64,000 bases of DNA from a virus (IMGVR_UViG_3300009709_000002:296228-360227); one strand, 5' to 3'; shown: positions 46,399 through 56,066, numbered from the stretch's first letter. Notes: generated by a model not told the origin, from the letters alone. A program made the numbers and translations.

Positions 46399-48486
46399 TT
46401 AAATCTTGAGCTTCAACACTTGGCCGAAGCTGCCAGTCGTTCGGACGATCACATCATCACGCTTCGTCGACGAGAAGCCTAGTCCGCTGAGCTGGTTGTC
46501 GGAGTCCGCGACCTTCATCTTGCCACCAACGATCTCCAACACCTTGCGGTGCGGCGTAAGCTGATCCTTCAGGAATTCATTGAAGAATCCGCGCGACGTG
46601 CCGTCGTTCTTGCACCCGTCGATCATGAAGAAGTAGTGCAAGTTGCCGATGCCGGTGAGACCATGTCCACCAGGAATGTTTACCACGCCATCCCAGTAGT
46701 TCGGCGACAGCATCACCGCATTGACCTGATGGAAGGACTGCGTCGGCAGGTTCCAGATGGTGCGCGACGATTGCTTGCCCTTCAGCGACTCGACGATCTC
46801 GAATCCATGAGCTTTCGAGTACTTGATCTTCGCGACTTCGACGCTTTCCTTGGGCCGCAGCGCGCGGTCATAGCCGAAGCTGTAAGTCGTGCCACCGAAC
46901 TCGATCTCCACTTCAAAACCTGCGCCGTCGCTACGACGCGTGAAGTTGTGAACCACGAGACGATACACGCCTTCACGCATCTTGTCTCGATTCGGGTAGA
47001 AGATGTTTTCCACCGGATGGTCCATCATTCCGTTGCCGCCGTTTGCGTCTACGTCGAGCTGGCCATTCGCCGAGGAGCGACGTTCGGCAAAGTAGATGTG
47101 ACCGCCGCCAGGTTCATACATGTGGAAGTCCAGATCATCTTTGTACTCCCAGGCGAGACGGCAGCACAGATCGCCAGTTACGCTACCGCCAGCGGCCTTG
47201 ACACGCTCCTTGATCGAGTCGGCAAATTCGCCGGAGTACGACCATGAGAAGCCGTTGTTCCACTTGAACAGCTGGCCAGCAGTTGGATCAACGGGAGCGA
47301 TCAAGCTCGCGAAGTTTCCGGAGTGGCGATTTTCGAGCAGCACTTCGACGGTCTTGGCACGAGGCAGCACGTTAGCGATGAAGTCGGAGATTGCCATCTC
47401 CTTCACGTCGTCCAGCTTCTTGACCTTCGCCGACGTAGCAGCGGCCATCTCATCGAACACATCGCCGGTCAGCACCTGTTTCGTCGATGAGTTGGCGAAC
47501 AGCAGGTTGTTGATGGAAATGTCCGACAGAGTCGCATAGCGACGCTGCAAGGCCGACGTCAGGCCGAGTTCTTCGATCGTCTTCTTGGCCTTCTCGATCA
47601 TGGCCTTCGACACCAGCGCCGACGGACGCTTGAAGCTTGCAGCGCCGACGATGGATGATTCGAACTTCTTGACCGCATCTTCCAGATCCTTGCCTTCGGC
47701 AAGATCGTACAGCAGCACGCCGATGCCGGAGTTGCCGACCCAGGCGATGGCCGCATTTTCGAGAGACTTAGTCCAGGCGAAGAGTTCACGCTCTTCGGCC
47801 GTCTTCAGCTTGACGAATTGACGCTTCAGCGCGAGGAAGCCGTCGACGACGAACTTGTAATCTTGACCGCGATAGAGCGAGTTCTGGCGAATGATGTCCG
47901 AGACAGTTTCAACCGACTCGAGGTCGACTTCCGTGAGCGCGCGGAGCAGCACCTGCTTAGCATCGCGCAGCTTTGCGATCGACGATGCGATGTCCTTGTT
48001 CGCCATGACGAACTTGGAATCGATGTTGACGAAGAAGTGTTCCCAGGCCTTCTGGCCGTTGACCAGTTGCTCGAAGTTCCGGTTCGTCCCGGCCGAACGT
48101 TCATAGTGCAGGAACGTGTTTGCGATCGGGTGCGACTTGGCGAGCGCCGACAGCGCATCAGCCACGACTTGATAGCCAGGTTCCGACGGAACCTTCACAT
48201 CCCAGATCGAGACGAGTTTGCCGTCGATGATCGCAACGCAATCACCGATCGCGCGAATGAACTGCTTGCAGCAGGAACAATCATGCTCGGTGCGTTCGCG
48301 ATAGTGCGGGTTCGTATCTGGCGGGAAACTGCCGAGGTAGGTGTTCCACAGCAGTTCCTTCATCGACAGCTGCTTCGCACGCTCTTCTTCAGTTTCCGCA
48401 GGCACCACATCAACGCGGAATAGCTGATGTTTCTGCATGCGTTCGAACTGCTTAGCGACCGCCGTCTTTAAGACGATGAAATCCAT
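46399..48486 (-). CDS. large hypothetical protein (695 aa)
   Basis: Long ORF; AAGGAGG RBS. Confidence 0.7.
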   Translation of the reverse strand: MDFIVLKTAVAKQFERMQKHQLFRVDVVPAETEEERAKQLSMKELLWNTYLGSFPPDTNPHYRERTEHDCSCCKQFIRAIGDCVAIIDGKLVSIWDVKVPSEPGYQVVADALSALAKSHPIANTFLHYERSAGTNRNFEQLVNGQKAWEHFFVNIDSKFVMANKDIASSIAKLRDAKQVLLRALTEVDLESVETVSDIIRQNSLYRGQDYKFVVDGFLALKRQFVKLKTAEERELFAWTKSLENAAIAWVGNSGIGVLLYDLAEGKDLEDAVKKFESSIVGAASFKRPSALVSKAMIEKAKKTIEELGLTSALQRRYATLSDISINNLLFANSSTKQVLTGDVFDEMAAATSAKVKKLDDVKEMAISDFIANVLPRAKTVEVLLENRHSGNFASLIAPVDPTAGQLFKWNNGFSWSYSGEFADSIKERVKAAGGSVTGDLCCRLAWEYKDDLDFHMYEPGGGHIYFAERRSSANGQLDVDANGGNGMMDHPVENIFYPNRDKMREGVYRLVVHNFTRRSDGAGFEVEIEFGGTTYSFGYDRALRPKESVEVAKIKYSKAHGFEIVESLKGKQSSRTIWNLPTQSFHQVNAVMLSPNYWDGVVNIPGGHGLTGIGNLHYFFMIDGCKNDGTSRGFFNEFLKDQLTPHRKVLEIVGGKMKVADSDNQLSGLGFSSTKRDDVIVRTTGSFGQVLKLKI

Positions 48487-48555
48487 CCGGAACCTCCTTA
48501 TGATCAGTTGTAGATAAGTAATTCTAATACAACTTTCATAAGAAGTATATCGCTT

Positions 48556-49227
48556 TTAGTGAAAAAGATCAAATTTACCGCTTTTGAGGATCAAGTCAGC
48601 AGAGACCTGCATGTCTGACCGATGATCTTTTACCACACCATGCTGTAACGCATAAGTGCGGATCTTTTCACCACGATTGCCGTTGCCGATTTGCGCCGCA
48701 CGAACATCAGCTGCCTTGCCGCTCACTTTCGAGTGCTCTAAAGCTGTGATCCTAGCTTCGAGCTGTTTCCAAGCTTCATCATAGCTATTCTCACGTGACC
48801 GCTGCTGCGAGGTCGCAATGATGCCTGTCGCTTTGTGTGTCAGCCTGCATGAGTTTTGATGCTTGTTGCGGTGCTGTCCACCTGCGCCAGTCCCGGAGTA
48901 CCACTCAACTTTGACATCTGCCTCATTGAGCTTGAACTCTAGCTTTACTTCGGTAGTGATTGCAACTGTGACGAGCGAGGTATGAACTCTGCCCTTCCGT
49001 TCAGTAGGCGGCACTCGTTGGAACTGGTGGCCGCCTGCTTCACTGTCTAGGAAGGTAAGGTCGGTTCCTTTAACTTCAAGGACCGTTTCGCCTACTCGAT
49101 TGACGGTGCTGACGAGGAGTCAGCCCTTGCGGAGGATCAGCTTGGTGTAAGCCTTGGCCAAATCTGCTACGAGTAGCTTGGAATCATCACCACCTTCAGC
49201 GGCGCGAATTTCGATGTAACGTTTCAT
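48556..49227 (-). CDS. prfA-like: class-I peptide chain release factor, RF1-type, lacking domain 1; in-frame TGA at 49120-49122
   Basis: GGQ motif (SGTGAGGQHRNK), RF1-type PxT tripeptide (RVPPTE) and RF C-terminal IRTY..DHR; frame verified continuous across TGA; the TGA aligns with the conserved Trp of RF1 (..EARRWRVEIM). Confidence 0.65.
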
Positions 49228-49424
49228 TCTATCTTCTCCGTGTTAAAAACCTTGTGAAGCTCGATCCGTAGCGGTCGGTGTGACGAGTTCAATTTCTGCC
49301 ACGTGCCGGTGATCTCGCTTAAGTACTCAAAATTACCTGTTCGTGAGTTCTTTCTGTAGTAAGTTCCATTTGTATGTTTGTAAGCATCTTGTGAATTTGC
49401 GTCAAAGAGCTTCTGCACACTCAT
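49224..49424 (-). CDS. hypothetical small protein
   Basis: ORF track. Confidence 0.4.
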   Translation of the reverse strand: MSVQKLFDANSQDAYKHTNGTYYRKNSRTGNFEYLSEITGTWQKLNSSHRPLRIELHKVFNTEKIE

Positions 49425-49443
49425 CGTGAACTACTCCTATATG

Positions 49444-50076
49444 TCAGTGCTTTCTGGTATAGACAAGCAGTACGAACTTCTTCAGCTTGTCCTCTTCAGC
49501 CCAGATCTCATCATCTGGGAGATTCTTGCCATCATAGTAGAACGGCTCATCACCGTCCATCTTCAGGTGGCCATGATCCAAGATCATGACTACCTCGTTA
49601 CTCGCGTGGCTACGAGCAATCTTCTTCCATAGCTCAGCACCGCCCTTGAACTGCTTGGTGTCTGAGATGATGGTGTATCCTTTGCTCACCAGTGAATGGT
49701 AGAGGAACGTTCCAAGACCTGCAAACTTGGTCTGCTTAGCGACCTGCACGAGATCAACTTGAAGAACGTTCGGCGAAAACTCACGACGTTCTTCGGTACC
49801 AAGCTGTAAGCTCAGCTTAAACAGCAGCTGGCCAATAACCTGCACACCATCTTCGCCATCATGGCGCTGACCACGAGTGCCGATAATAGCGGTGTCGTGA
49901 TCATCATCTAGGTAAACTTCAACGTTATCTTGCTTGCCCATCAACCTGTACTTGCGTTCTTCAAGCGCCTTGTTGGTCATGAAGTAGACGCTGAACGGCT
50001 CCGCATCTGGATCATCATCCATCTCACGGTTAGAGAGCATCGGCATTTCTGTAAGTAGTAGTTCATCTAGTCTCAT
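49444..50076 (-). CDS. hypothetical protein
   Basis: ORF track. Confidence 0.5.
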   Translation of the reverse strand: MRLDELLLTEMPMLSNREMDDDPDAEPFSVYFMTNKALEERKYRLMGKQDNVEVYLDDDHDTAIIGTRGQRHDGEDGVQVIGQLLFKLSLQLGTEERREFSPNVLQVDLVQVAKQTKFAGLGTFLYHSLVSKGYTIISDTKQFKGGAELWKKIARSHASNEVVMILDHGHLKMDGDEPFYYDGKNLPDDEIWAEEDKLKKFVLLVYTRKH

Positions 50077-50159
50077 CGGTACCTCCTAATGAGAACTATT
50101 TATTGGTTGGCAAAAGACCATCTTACTGTCATTGTATACCAACTCTACTACGTTGTACA

Positions 50160-50792
50160 TCAAAGAATTGCAAACTCATCAAGGTTTGCGTCAATCAGTT
50201 CATTCTGGCATTCAAGAATATCTCTGTCATCTTCATACACATACTTCTTTACTATTCTAAGCGCAACAAATTGATCTTCTTTTGAACCATTATCACATAC
50301 AATGAATTTCAGTTTTGGCGCTTTTAGTAAACTCAACAATCCACATTCTATCTTTATGTCATTAGAAAAATTTAATTGCTGAATTTTAGAAGATGGCTCC
50401 AATTTTAGTGATTTAATTTTGGCTCTCTTAAATTCTATTTGCAAGAAATCAATATTTAAATTACAAAGTAATTTAGCATCATCTATGATACAATTTTCAT
50501 ATCTAATGCCATTACCATGCTCTTCTAAAATATTAAGCCATACGTCATCTGGTACTGGACATTTTGTGATTGCTTTATCTTTGAAATTGAAAAATATTTT
50601 CCAGTATGAAAATTTATCATTATTTTTAGAATTATATGCTTTTACCAGCAAATCATATACTTCATCACCATCAAACTTTTTAAAGTTCATATGTGACTGA
50701 TCAACTGACAATATAACGTGATCTTTAAACCATTGTTTAGTCGATGGAGAATTCCACGCTATTTTTGATTTTGAAATTTCATGTAGTTTCAT
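50160..50792 (-). CDS. Family-A paralog (AT-rich copy)
   Basis: C-term CQNELIDANLDEFAIL. Confidence 0.75.
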   Translation of the reverse strand: MKLHEISKSKIAWNSPSTKQWFKDHVILSVDQSHMNFKKFDGDEVYDLLVKAYNSKNNDKFSYWKIFFNFKDKAITKCPVPDDVWLNILEEHGNGIRYENCIIDDAKLLCNLNIDFLQIEFKRAKIKSLKLEPSSKIQQLNFSNDIKIECGLLSLLKAPKLKFIVCDNGSKEDQFVALRIVKKYVYEDDRDILECQNELIDANLDEFAIL

Positions 50793-51400
50793 AGCTTTGC
50801 GTACTCATCAAGATTTGCATCAATCAGTTCATTCTGGCATTCAAGAATATCTCGGTCGTCTTTCAACAAGTGCTTGTTGATGATTTGAAGCGCTAATTGC
50901 AAGTCTTTCGGGCATGAAGCTGTGCCACCTACTCGGCCAATCGTTTTGCACTTCAAAATACCAAGCAATCCACACTTAACTTTCGGAAAATCTAGTGTTA
51001 GATTATCAATGCCTCCATCTAGCGAACCAAGCTTAAATGTATGAAACTCGCATCGATCCAAGATAAGCAGCTGAGCTATCGGCATTTTATCCCACGTGTC
51101 AATAACTGCACCGATTATGCGCAAACTTTCAAGCCGATTGTTACCTTGCGGCCAAGCTTTAGAATCAAATGGAATTGAGCTGATAGTTTCTTGGTGCATT
51201 ACCAGACAAGCTTTATTGATGTTCTCAATCTCTACCTTGCCATTTTCATATTTGAAAGTTACTCCACGCTCTTTCTCATACGAGATGTCATTACCATCTA
51301 CTTTCTCAGCGGTGCGTGAATCAAGGCCCCAATGCAAGGCGTGCTTTACCCACTCATCACCTACGTTATCTGATTCTTGCAGATATTGTTTGAATTTCAT
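50789..51400 (-). CDS. Family-A paralog
   Basis: C-term CQNELIDANLDEYAKL. Confidence 0.8.
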   Translation of the reverse strand: MKFKQYLQESDNVGDEWVKHALHWGLDSRTAEKVDGNDISYEKERGVTFKYENGKVEIENINKACLVMHQETISSIPFDSKAWPQGNNRLESLRIIGAVIDTWDKMPIAQLLILDRCEFHTFKLGSLDGGIDNLTLDFPKVKCGLLGILKCKTIGRVGGTASCPKDLQLALQIINKHLLKDDRDILECQNELIDANLDEYAKL

Positions 51401-52023
51401 ACCTTAGCCCACTTTTCAAACCCAGCGTCAATTAAATCTGATTGACATTCAATAATGTCTTTGCCTTCTTTGAGGTGTTTATTGACAATCTCAAATGCTT
51501 TCTCTACGTCATTATCAGCTTCATTAAAGCCATGAACGGTCTTGATGTTTTCTGTCTTCATTAGATTAAGAAGACCACACTTGATCTTTACATCTTCAAA
51601 ATTTAGAGAGTTCGTATTGACTGACGGTGGAAACTTAACAGACTCAACCACAGCACCGTTCAAATAAAGCCTAAGAAGTTTTGCTGGTGTGAAAAGCTTC
51701 TTAGGATCTTTCAAAATCCCATTGAAAACTGTTTGATGCTTGACTTGATCGCCAAACACAGCTGTCCAAAGATCTACTGAGAAATCCGGTGGCATTGAAT
51801 ATTCTTCATCCGTTTCATGATAGAATTCCAGAAAGAGCTTACACGGTCCAGAGTTTTCAGGCACGCCTTTATTTAGCGCAGTGCAAATAGCTTCACCAGT
51901 ATAAAGCGGCGTTGATCCATCATTAAATGAGCCAACGTTCACGATAATTGCATGCTTCATGAACCAATCTTCGGCTTTTGGTGATAATGCCCGTTTTGGT
52001 TTTGTTATCTCTGTTAGTTTCAT
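51397..52023 (-). CDS. Family-A paralog
   Basis: C-term CQSDLIDAGFEKWAKV. Confidence 0.8.
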   Translation of the reverse strand: MKLTEITKPKRALSPKAEDWFMKHAIIVNVGSFNDGSTPLYTGEAICTALNKGVPENSGPCKLFLEFYHETDEEYSMPPDFSVDLWTAVFGDQVKHQTVFNGILKDPKKLFTPAKLLRLYLNGAVVESVKFPPSVNTNSLNFEDVKIKCGLLNLMKTENIKTVHGFNEADNDVEKAFEIVNKHLKEGKDIIECQSDLIDAGFEKWAKV

Positions 52024-52126
52024 GCCGTCTCCTCATAAGCTTGTATTTATGTGTGAGACAAATACAACAACGGAGAGTCATTGACTCTCCTTTCTATTGT
52101 ATACTCAAGATGAAGCTTTGTAAACC

Positions 52127-52468
52127 TCAGGTCCAGAGAATGTGTCGATACTTCCAGAGCGTGTCGATATGCCTCAAAAGAGCTGTGTTTGCGATAGAAT
52201 CATATCCGTCACGCTGCTTTTCGACGATTTGATCAATCGCAAAGATTGCTTTCTTGATCTTCTTGTACGTTCGTATGCACCCTTTAGTGTGCTCATAGTC
52301 TACGGCGTCTTTGTTAGTTCTACTCAGGTAGAACTTGAATTGATCATCACCAGCTCGCTCCATGAACTCCTTCGCCATGAGGTAAACGACGTACTCCATG
52401 GAGTTATCTGCTGAATAGAAGAACGCTGGTTTGAGCTCTAGGTTGAAGTACTCGTTGGATACTTTCAT
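52127..52468 (-). CDS. hypothetical protein
   Basis: ORF track. Confidence 0.45.
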   Translation of the reverse strand: MKVSNEYFNLELKPAFFYSADNSMEYVVYLMAKEFMERAGDDQFKFYLSRTNKDAVDYEHTKGCIRTYKKIKKAIFAIDQIVEKQRDGYDSIANTALLRHIDTLWKYRHILWT

Positions 52469-52479
52469 GAGGTAGAAAT

Positions 52480-52506
52480 GACAAACCCAGCGAATATGCT
52501 GGGTTT
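52480..52506. terminator. bidirectional hairpin (aaacccagc-gaatat-gctgggttt flanked by A/T runs) at the 3' end of the tRNA cluster
   Basis: 9-bp stem with T-tract on both strands. Confidence 0.45.
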
Positions 52507-52583
52507 TGGTACACGGTGTCAGACTCGAACTGACATACTCAATCTTGTAAGGATTGTGGACTAACCTCTCTCACCAACCGTGC
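52507..52583 (-). tRNA. tRNA, anticodon loop ctTACaa (Val-UAC-like), atypical D-arm
   Basis: Acceptor gcacggt/accgtgt plus CCA; T-arm gtcag-ttcgagt-ctgac. Confidence 0.5.
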
Positions 52584-52585
52584 GG

Positions 52586-52658
52586 TACCTGGTGACGGGA
52601 TCGAACCGCCGACAATCGCCTTGTAAGGGCGGTGCTCTACCAGCTGAGCTAACCAGGC
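52586..52658 (-). tRNA. tRNA-Val (UAC); no encoded CCA; 2 nt from previous tRNA
   Basis: Canonical D-arm tagctcagctggtagagc; loop ctTACaa. Confidence 0.7.
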
Positions 52659-52664
52659 ATCATA

Positions 52665-52889
52665 TCATTCAACTTCACTGTCACTCGGAAACTCAGGCGT
52701 CTGAGGAGTCGGTGACGTGTAGATGAACTCGACTAAATTCGTCGAAGTTTCACTATAGAACAAAGTCAAGCTGGGATCGAGTGTTGGTGGTTCTGTCACC
52801 GTCGGATCATACCCAACATAATAAACTTGCACTCCGGTAGCAGTGAGATTATCAAGCTGCTGCTTTTGTGCCAGTGTGAAATTGTTCAT
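52665..52889 (-). CDS. hypothetical small protein inside the tRNA cluster
   Basis: GGAGTAAGTT RBS inside a conserved hairpin. Confidence 0.45.
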   Translation of the reverse strand: MNNFTLAQKQQLDNLTATGVQVYYVGYDPTVTEPPTLDPSLTLFYSETSTNLVEFIYTSPTPQTPEFPSDSEVE

Positions 52890-52921
52890 AACTTACTCCA
52901 TTTGATGGAGTATTTATTACT

Positions 52922-52997
52922 TGGCCCCTTGGAGTGGATTTGAACCACCGACAGGAGATGTTCAGTCTCCTACTCTACCAGGCTGAGTTACCGCGGG
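52922..52997 (-). tRNA. tRNA-Phe (GAA)-like
   Basis: Loop ctGAAca; T-loop ttcaaat; CCA; acceptor has 2 mismatches. Confidence 0.5.
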
Positions 52998-53052
52998 ATT
53001 GTAGCACCTGACATAGATTATAGAGGATATCAGGTGACAACGTCTCCTCTTT

Positions 53053-53128
53053 TGGCTCCCCAGGCTGGGCTCGAACCAACGACCATTGCATTAACAGTGC
53101 AACGCTCTACCAACTGAGCTACTGGGGA
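53053..53128 (-). tRNA. tRNA-Asn (GUU)
   Basis: Perfect acceptor tccccag/ctgggga plus gCCA; loop ctGTTaa. Confidence 0.8.
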
Positions 53129-53255
53129 ATTGACTGGTTTCTACGCATTTAAAAGTATCGTAAGGGCTTATCCAGACAGCCTCAACATTAATAGTGAATT
53201 GCAACCAATAAAGCCTACCCCGCAAGGCAGACTACCGTCATCGTCTTATCATCAC

Positions 53256-53331
53256 TGGTGCCCCTTGTCTGATTCGAACAGACCACCTACGCATTACAAG
53301 TGCGTTGCTCTACCAAATGAGCTAAAGGGGC
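53256..53331 (-). tRNA. tRNA-Thr (UGU)
   Basis: Acceptor gcccctt/aaggggc plus aCCA; loop ctTGTaa. Confidence 0.8.
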
Positions 53332-53405
53332 AATGACGTTAGAGTTAAAAGCAATCTGAGTGATTTTTCTATGCGCGAAGTAACTCAGATCTACGCAACT
53401 AACGA

Positions 53406-53480
53406 TGGAGCCCTGCCACGGAATCGAACCGTGTTCGCTGGATTACAAAACCAGTATAATAACCAATATACGAGAAGGGC
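53406..53480 (-). tRNA. tRNA, Thr(UGU)-like loop ttTGTaa, noncanonical D-arm
   Basis: T-arm acgg-ttcgatt-ccgt; CCA. Confidence 0.5.
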
Positions 53481-53523
53481 ATTAAAGGCAGAGATAAAGT
53501 CGAAAAGTGTTTAAGCCTCTTGC

Positions 53524-53600
53524 GAGGTTCGATGGACTTGAACCATCCTTATCGCCAAGATTATTAGTCCCGCGAATTTACCCGATGTAACACTTCACTA
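53524..53600 (-). tRNA. tRNA-like element (perfect T-arm gatgg-ttcaagt-ccatc, no clear acceptor)
   Basis: Partial structure only. Confidence 0.25.
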
Positions 53601-53610
53601 CGCAACTACC

Positions 53611-53685
53611 TGGTGCCCTAGTACGGAATCGAACCGCATTTTCTTGATTACGAAACAAGTGTAATAGCCAGTATACTACAAGGGC
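53611..53685 (-). tRNA. tRNA, loop ttCGTaa (Thr-CGU-like), noncanonical D-arm
   Basis: Acceptor gcccttg/ctagggc plus aCCA. Confidence 0.5.
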
Positions 53686-53689
53686 AATC

Positions 53690-53896
53690 TTAATCTTCAC
53701 CGGGCTTCTTCAATGTGAAGCCCTTATCAATCGCGATACTTTCCAACAGTGCGCAGATAACTTTCATTGCACCAAGCGGACCAGATCCTTTCGGATAGTA
53801 AGCGAGATAATACTCTTGCAACTGTTCTTCTGTGTCGAACTGGCCTACAAAATCAGGCAGAAAACGAGGAAAAGAACGTTCAATTTTCTTTTTCAT
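53690..53896 (-). CDS. hypothetical small protein inside the tRNA cluster
   Basis: ORF track. Confidence 0.4.
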   Translation of the reverse strand: MKKKIERSFPRFLPDFVGQFDTEEQLQEYYLAYYPKGSGPLGAMKVICALLESIAIDKGFTLKKPGED

Positions 53897-53956
53897 GATT
53901 TACTCCAAGTTGTAGATGGTACTATTCTATCATCATTTCATCTCAAAGTAAATTAG

Positions 53957-54030
53957 TGGTCAAGGATAACGGAATCGAACCGTTGACTCTTCGCTCCAAA
54001 GGAAGTATGTTACCATTACATCAATCCAAG
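53957..54030 (-). tRNA. tRNA-Pro (UGG)-like
   Basis: D-arm atgt-aatggtaa-acat; loop ttTGGag; CCA. Confidence 0.5.
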
Positions 54031-54112
54031 ATAGACACAGAGTTAAAGTCGACGTGAGCTGTTGTAAGCAAATGGAAGATTAGCGATGAAACTCACTTCT
54101 ACGCAACTGTGT

Positions 54113-54186
54113 TGGTCACCGTGGCTGGAATCGGACCAGCGATTCGACCATCCGAGGGTCGTATGTTACCACTACATTACACGGGG
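54113..54186 (-). tRNA. tRNA-Pro (CGG)
   Basis: D-arm atgt-agtggtaa-acat; stem cgacc/ggtcg; loop ctCGGat; CCA. Confidence 0.65.
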
Positions 54187-54579
54187 ATTGCTGAATCTAC
54201 GGATAGGTTCCCTCTGTTCCGGGAGTCGTATTTATCGTAGCCTTCAACTTACAAACTTGAGAATGGTTTGTTCAACCAAGCTTGGTATTCACCAGGCTTC
54301 CATTCTTTGGCTTTACACTCTTCATCAAATTTCTTCAGACGTTCATTCAATCTTTTGAAATCTTCTTCAGTAGGTTCAAACTTCTTTGCTGCTTCAATCA
54401 ATTCACAAACTGTCATAGATCTAAGTCCGAGATTGGATCTTCAGCTTTACCGCTACCCCAACATCTACTACATGCTCTTGGATCGCAGTTAACTAATTCT
54501 TCATAAGTTGGCTCATACTGATCGCCAGGCTCATAACCAGAACCTTCACATCGTTCACACTTATCAACTTTATTCATGA

Positions 54580-54653
54580 TGGCAGGCCACCAGGGAATCG
54601 AACCCCGGTCCGCAGTTTTGGAGACTGTTATGTTACCACTACACTAGTGACCC
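54580..54653 (-). tRNA. tRNA-Trp (CCA)
   Basis: Loop ctCCAaa; T-arm cgggg-ttcgatt-ccctg; gCCA. Confidence 0.75.
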
Positions 54654-54788
54654 GTTGTACTTCAATGATAGCAGCTAGATCCACTTTAACAGTGTTGCCC
54701 GGGACGTGCTGATCTGACCCAACTACTATTATTGAAGTTGCTGGTTACAAGTTCCAGCGATGCCTCTATCTTTGGCCCTGATTTTCTA

Positions 54789-55016
54789 CTACGCGTTAAC
54801 GGCTGGGAAGTCGCCGCCAACGTTATCTGCTTCATCCTGTCCGTCATAGCCGCATGTTGCACATGAAACATCATCGGACGGATTTACATCTGTCGGCATC
54901 GGAGCACCACAGTTAGCACAGATTTCATCACCGTCATTATTGAACGAATCTCTGTTCAACATGCGCCGCTGATCTTTTGCCGACTGAAGAGGAGTCATTA
55001 ACTCTTTAAGCTTCAT
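54789..55016 (-). CDS. small zinc-ribbon protein (CxxC..CxxC), paralog of 55026..55226
   Basis: MKLKELMTPLQSAKD...CANCG...CATCGYDG. Confidence 0.5.
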   Translation of the reverse strand: MKLKELMTPLQSAKDQRRMLNRDSFNNDGDEICANCGAPMPTDVNPSDDVSCATCGYDGQDEADNVGGDFPAVNA

Positions 55017-55025
55017 GATTCATCC

Positions 55026-55226
55026 TCAAGGATTCGGTGCGGCATAATCGCCTGCCACATCTTCCGAACCCGGTTCTCCATCATATCCACACTCAGTACA
55101 TGCACCTTCATCATCCATCGTATCTTGACCACATTGTGGACAAGGTCCGGTTTGTTCATCTCGAGAAAGCATGCGATAACGATCTTTCGTCGATTGAAGC
55201 GGAATATTCAGCTCATGTAACTTCAT
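55026..55226 (-). CDS. small zinc-ribbon protein, paralog of 54789..55016
   Basis: MKLHELNIPLQSTKD...CPQCG...CTECGYDG. Confidence 0.5.
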   Translation of the reverse strand: MKLHELNIPLQSTKDRYRMLSRDEQTGPCPQCGQDTMDDEGACTECGYDGEPGSEDVAGDYAAPNP

Positions 55227-55240
55227 GTTTCATCCTTAGT

Positions 55241-55315
55241 TGGCGGTCCGTAAGGGGATCGAACCCTCATGTCCGGATAGACAGTCCAGCATAATGACCA
55301 TTATATGAACGAACC
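55241..55315 (-). tRNA. tRNA-Asp (GUC)-like
   Basis: Loop ctGTCta; acceptor ggttcgt/acggacc; CCA. Confidence 0.5.
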
Positions 55316-55346
55316 AGCGATGAAACTATTTATACAACTCAAAACT

Positions 55347-55420
55347 TGGTGGGTCTGCCTGGAATTGAACCAGGAATCTCCGGCGGCAATCGCGCAGTGT
55401 GTTGCTTACACTACAGACCC
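55347..55420 (-). tRNA. tRNA, anticodon unresolved (atypical loop cgATTgc)
   Basis: Perfect acceptor gggtctg/cagaccc plus aCCA; T-arm cctgg-ttcaatt-ccagg. Confidence 0.5.
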
Positions 55421-55583
55421 AAGGAATGATTGACGAGTCACTCGGATTTGCACCCAGGTTTCACGCTTTGCTCGCGTGCGTCCTTCTACTAGACGATAAC
55501 CCTCACTACTTTTCGCTGGTTGGCGCCAACTTTGCGTAGTGCAATCATAATTTTACATCCGTGCGCCAACACTTCAGTAAAAT

Positions 55584-55656
55584 TGGTGGAGCTGCCTGGA
55601 ATTGAACCAGGAATCTTCAGCCTAAGCGGCCGATGTGTTGCTTACACCACAACTCC
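55584..55656 (-). tRNA. tRNA, anticodon unresolved (loop cgCTTag); paralog of 55347..55420
   Basis: Same D and T arms as its neighbour; CCA. Confidence 0.5.
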
Positions 55657-55663
55657 AAAATAT

Positions 55664-55882
55664 TTAGTGAACTAACATCACCTGAACGACTGGTGTTTCT
55701 GAACCATCATTCTCTGTCCAGAAACGAATAGCGAAGCAATCTACTGCGTAAGCTTCACCACCGTCGATCGCTTCAACGAGTAGCTCTTTCTTCTGATCAA
55801 ACTGTTGAAGATGTTTGATAGCTTCTTCAACCGTCATTTTCTTCACCTTGTTGCTCACGAAGAATATCCATTGCGAAATCAT
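55664..55882 (-). CDS. hypothetical small protein
   Basis: ORF track. Confidence 0.4.
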   Translation of the reverse strand: MISQWIFFVSNKVKKMTVEEAIKHLQQFDQKKELLVEAIDGGEAYAVDCFAIRFWTENDGSETPVVQVMLVH

Positions 55883-56066
55883 AACCTGACCAGTTATCTA
55901 CACCAGCACATTCAAGCGCAGTGAGCTTTGCTGAATCTTCACAAAGACTGTTATACTCTTTCTTTGTGATAGTTACCATCTCTTCAGTTGGTGCAACCAT
56001 GTTGTTGTCCTCAGTTTGAATCAGTAAGAGGATTCTAAATCATTTCAACAACATCGTAAATTTATT

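Noticed and set aside
46549-48423. Plus-strand ORFs 46549..47247, 47120..47539 and 47818..48423
   Set aside because: Antisense to the 695-aa minus-strand ORF in a GC-rich region where long spurious ORFs are expected.
52507-52583. Initial reading of this tRNA as type-II (Leu/Ser/Tyr) because of its length
   Set aside because: The variable region is only 5 nt; the extra length is in the D-region, so it is not a long-variable-arm tRNA.
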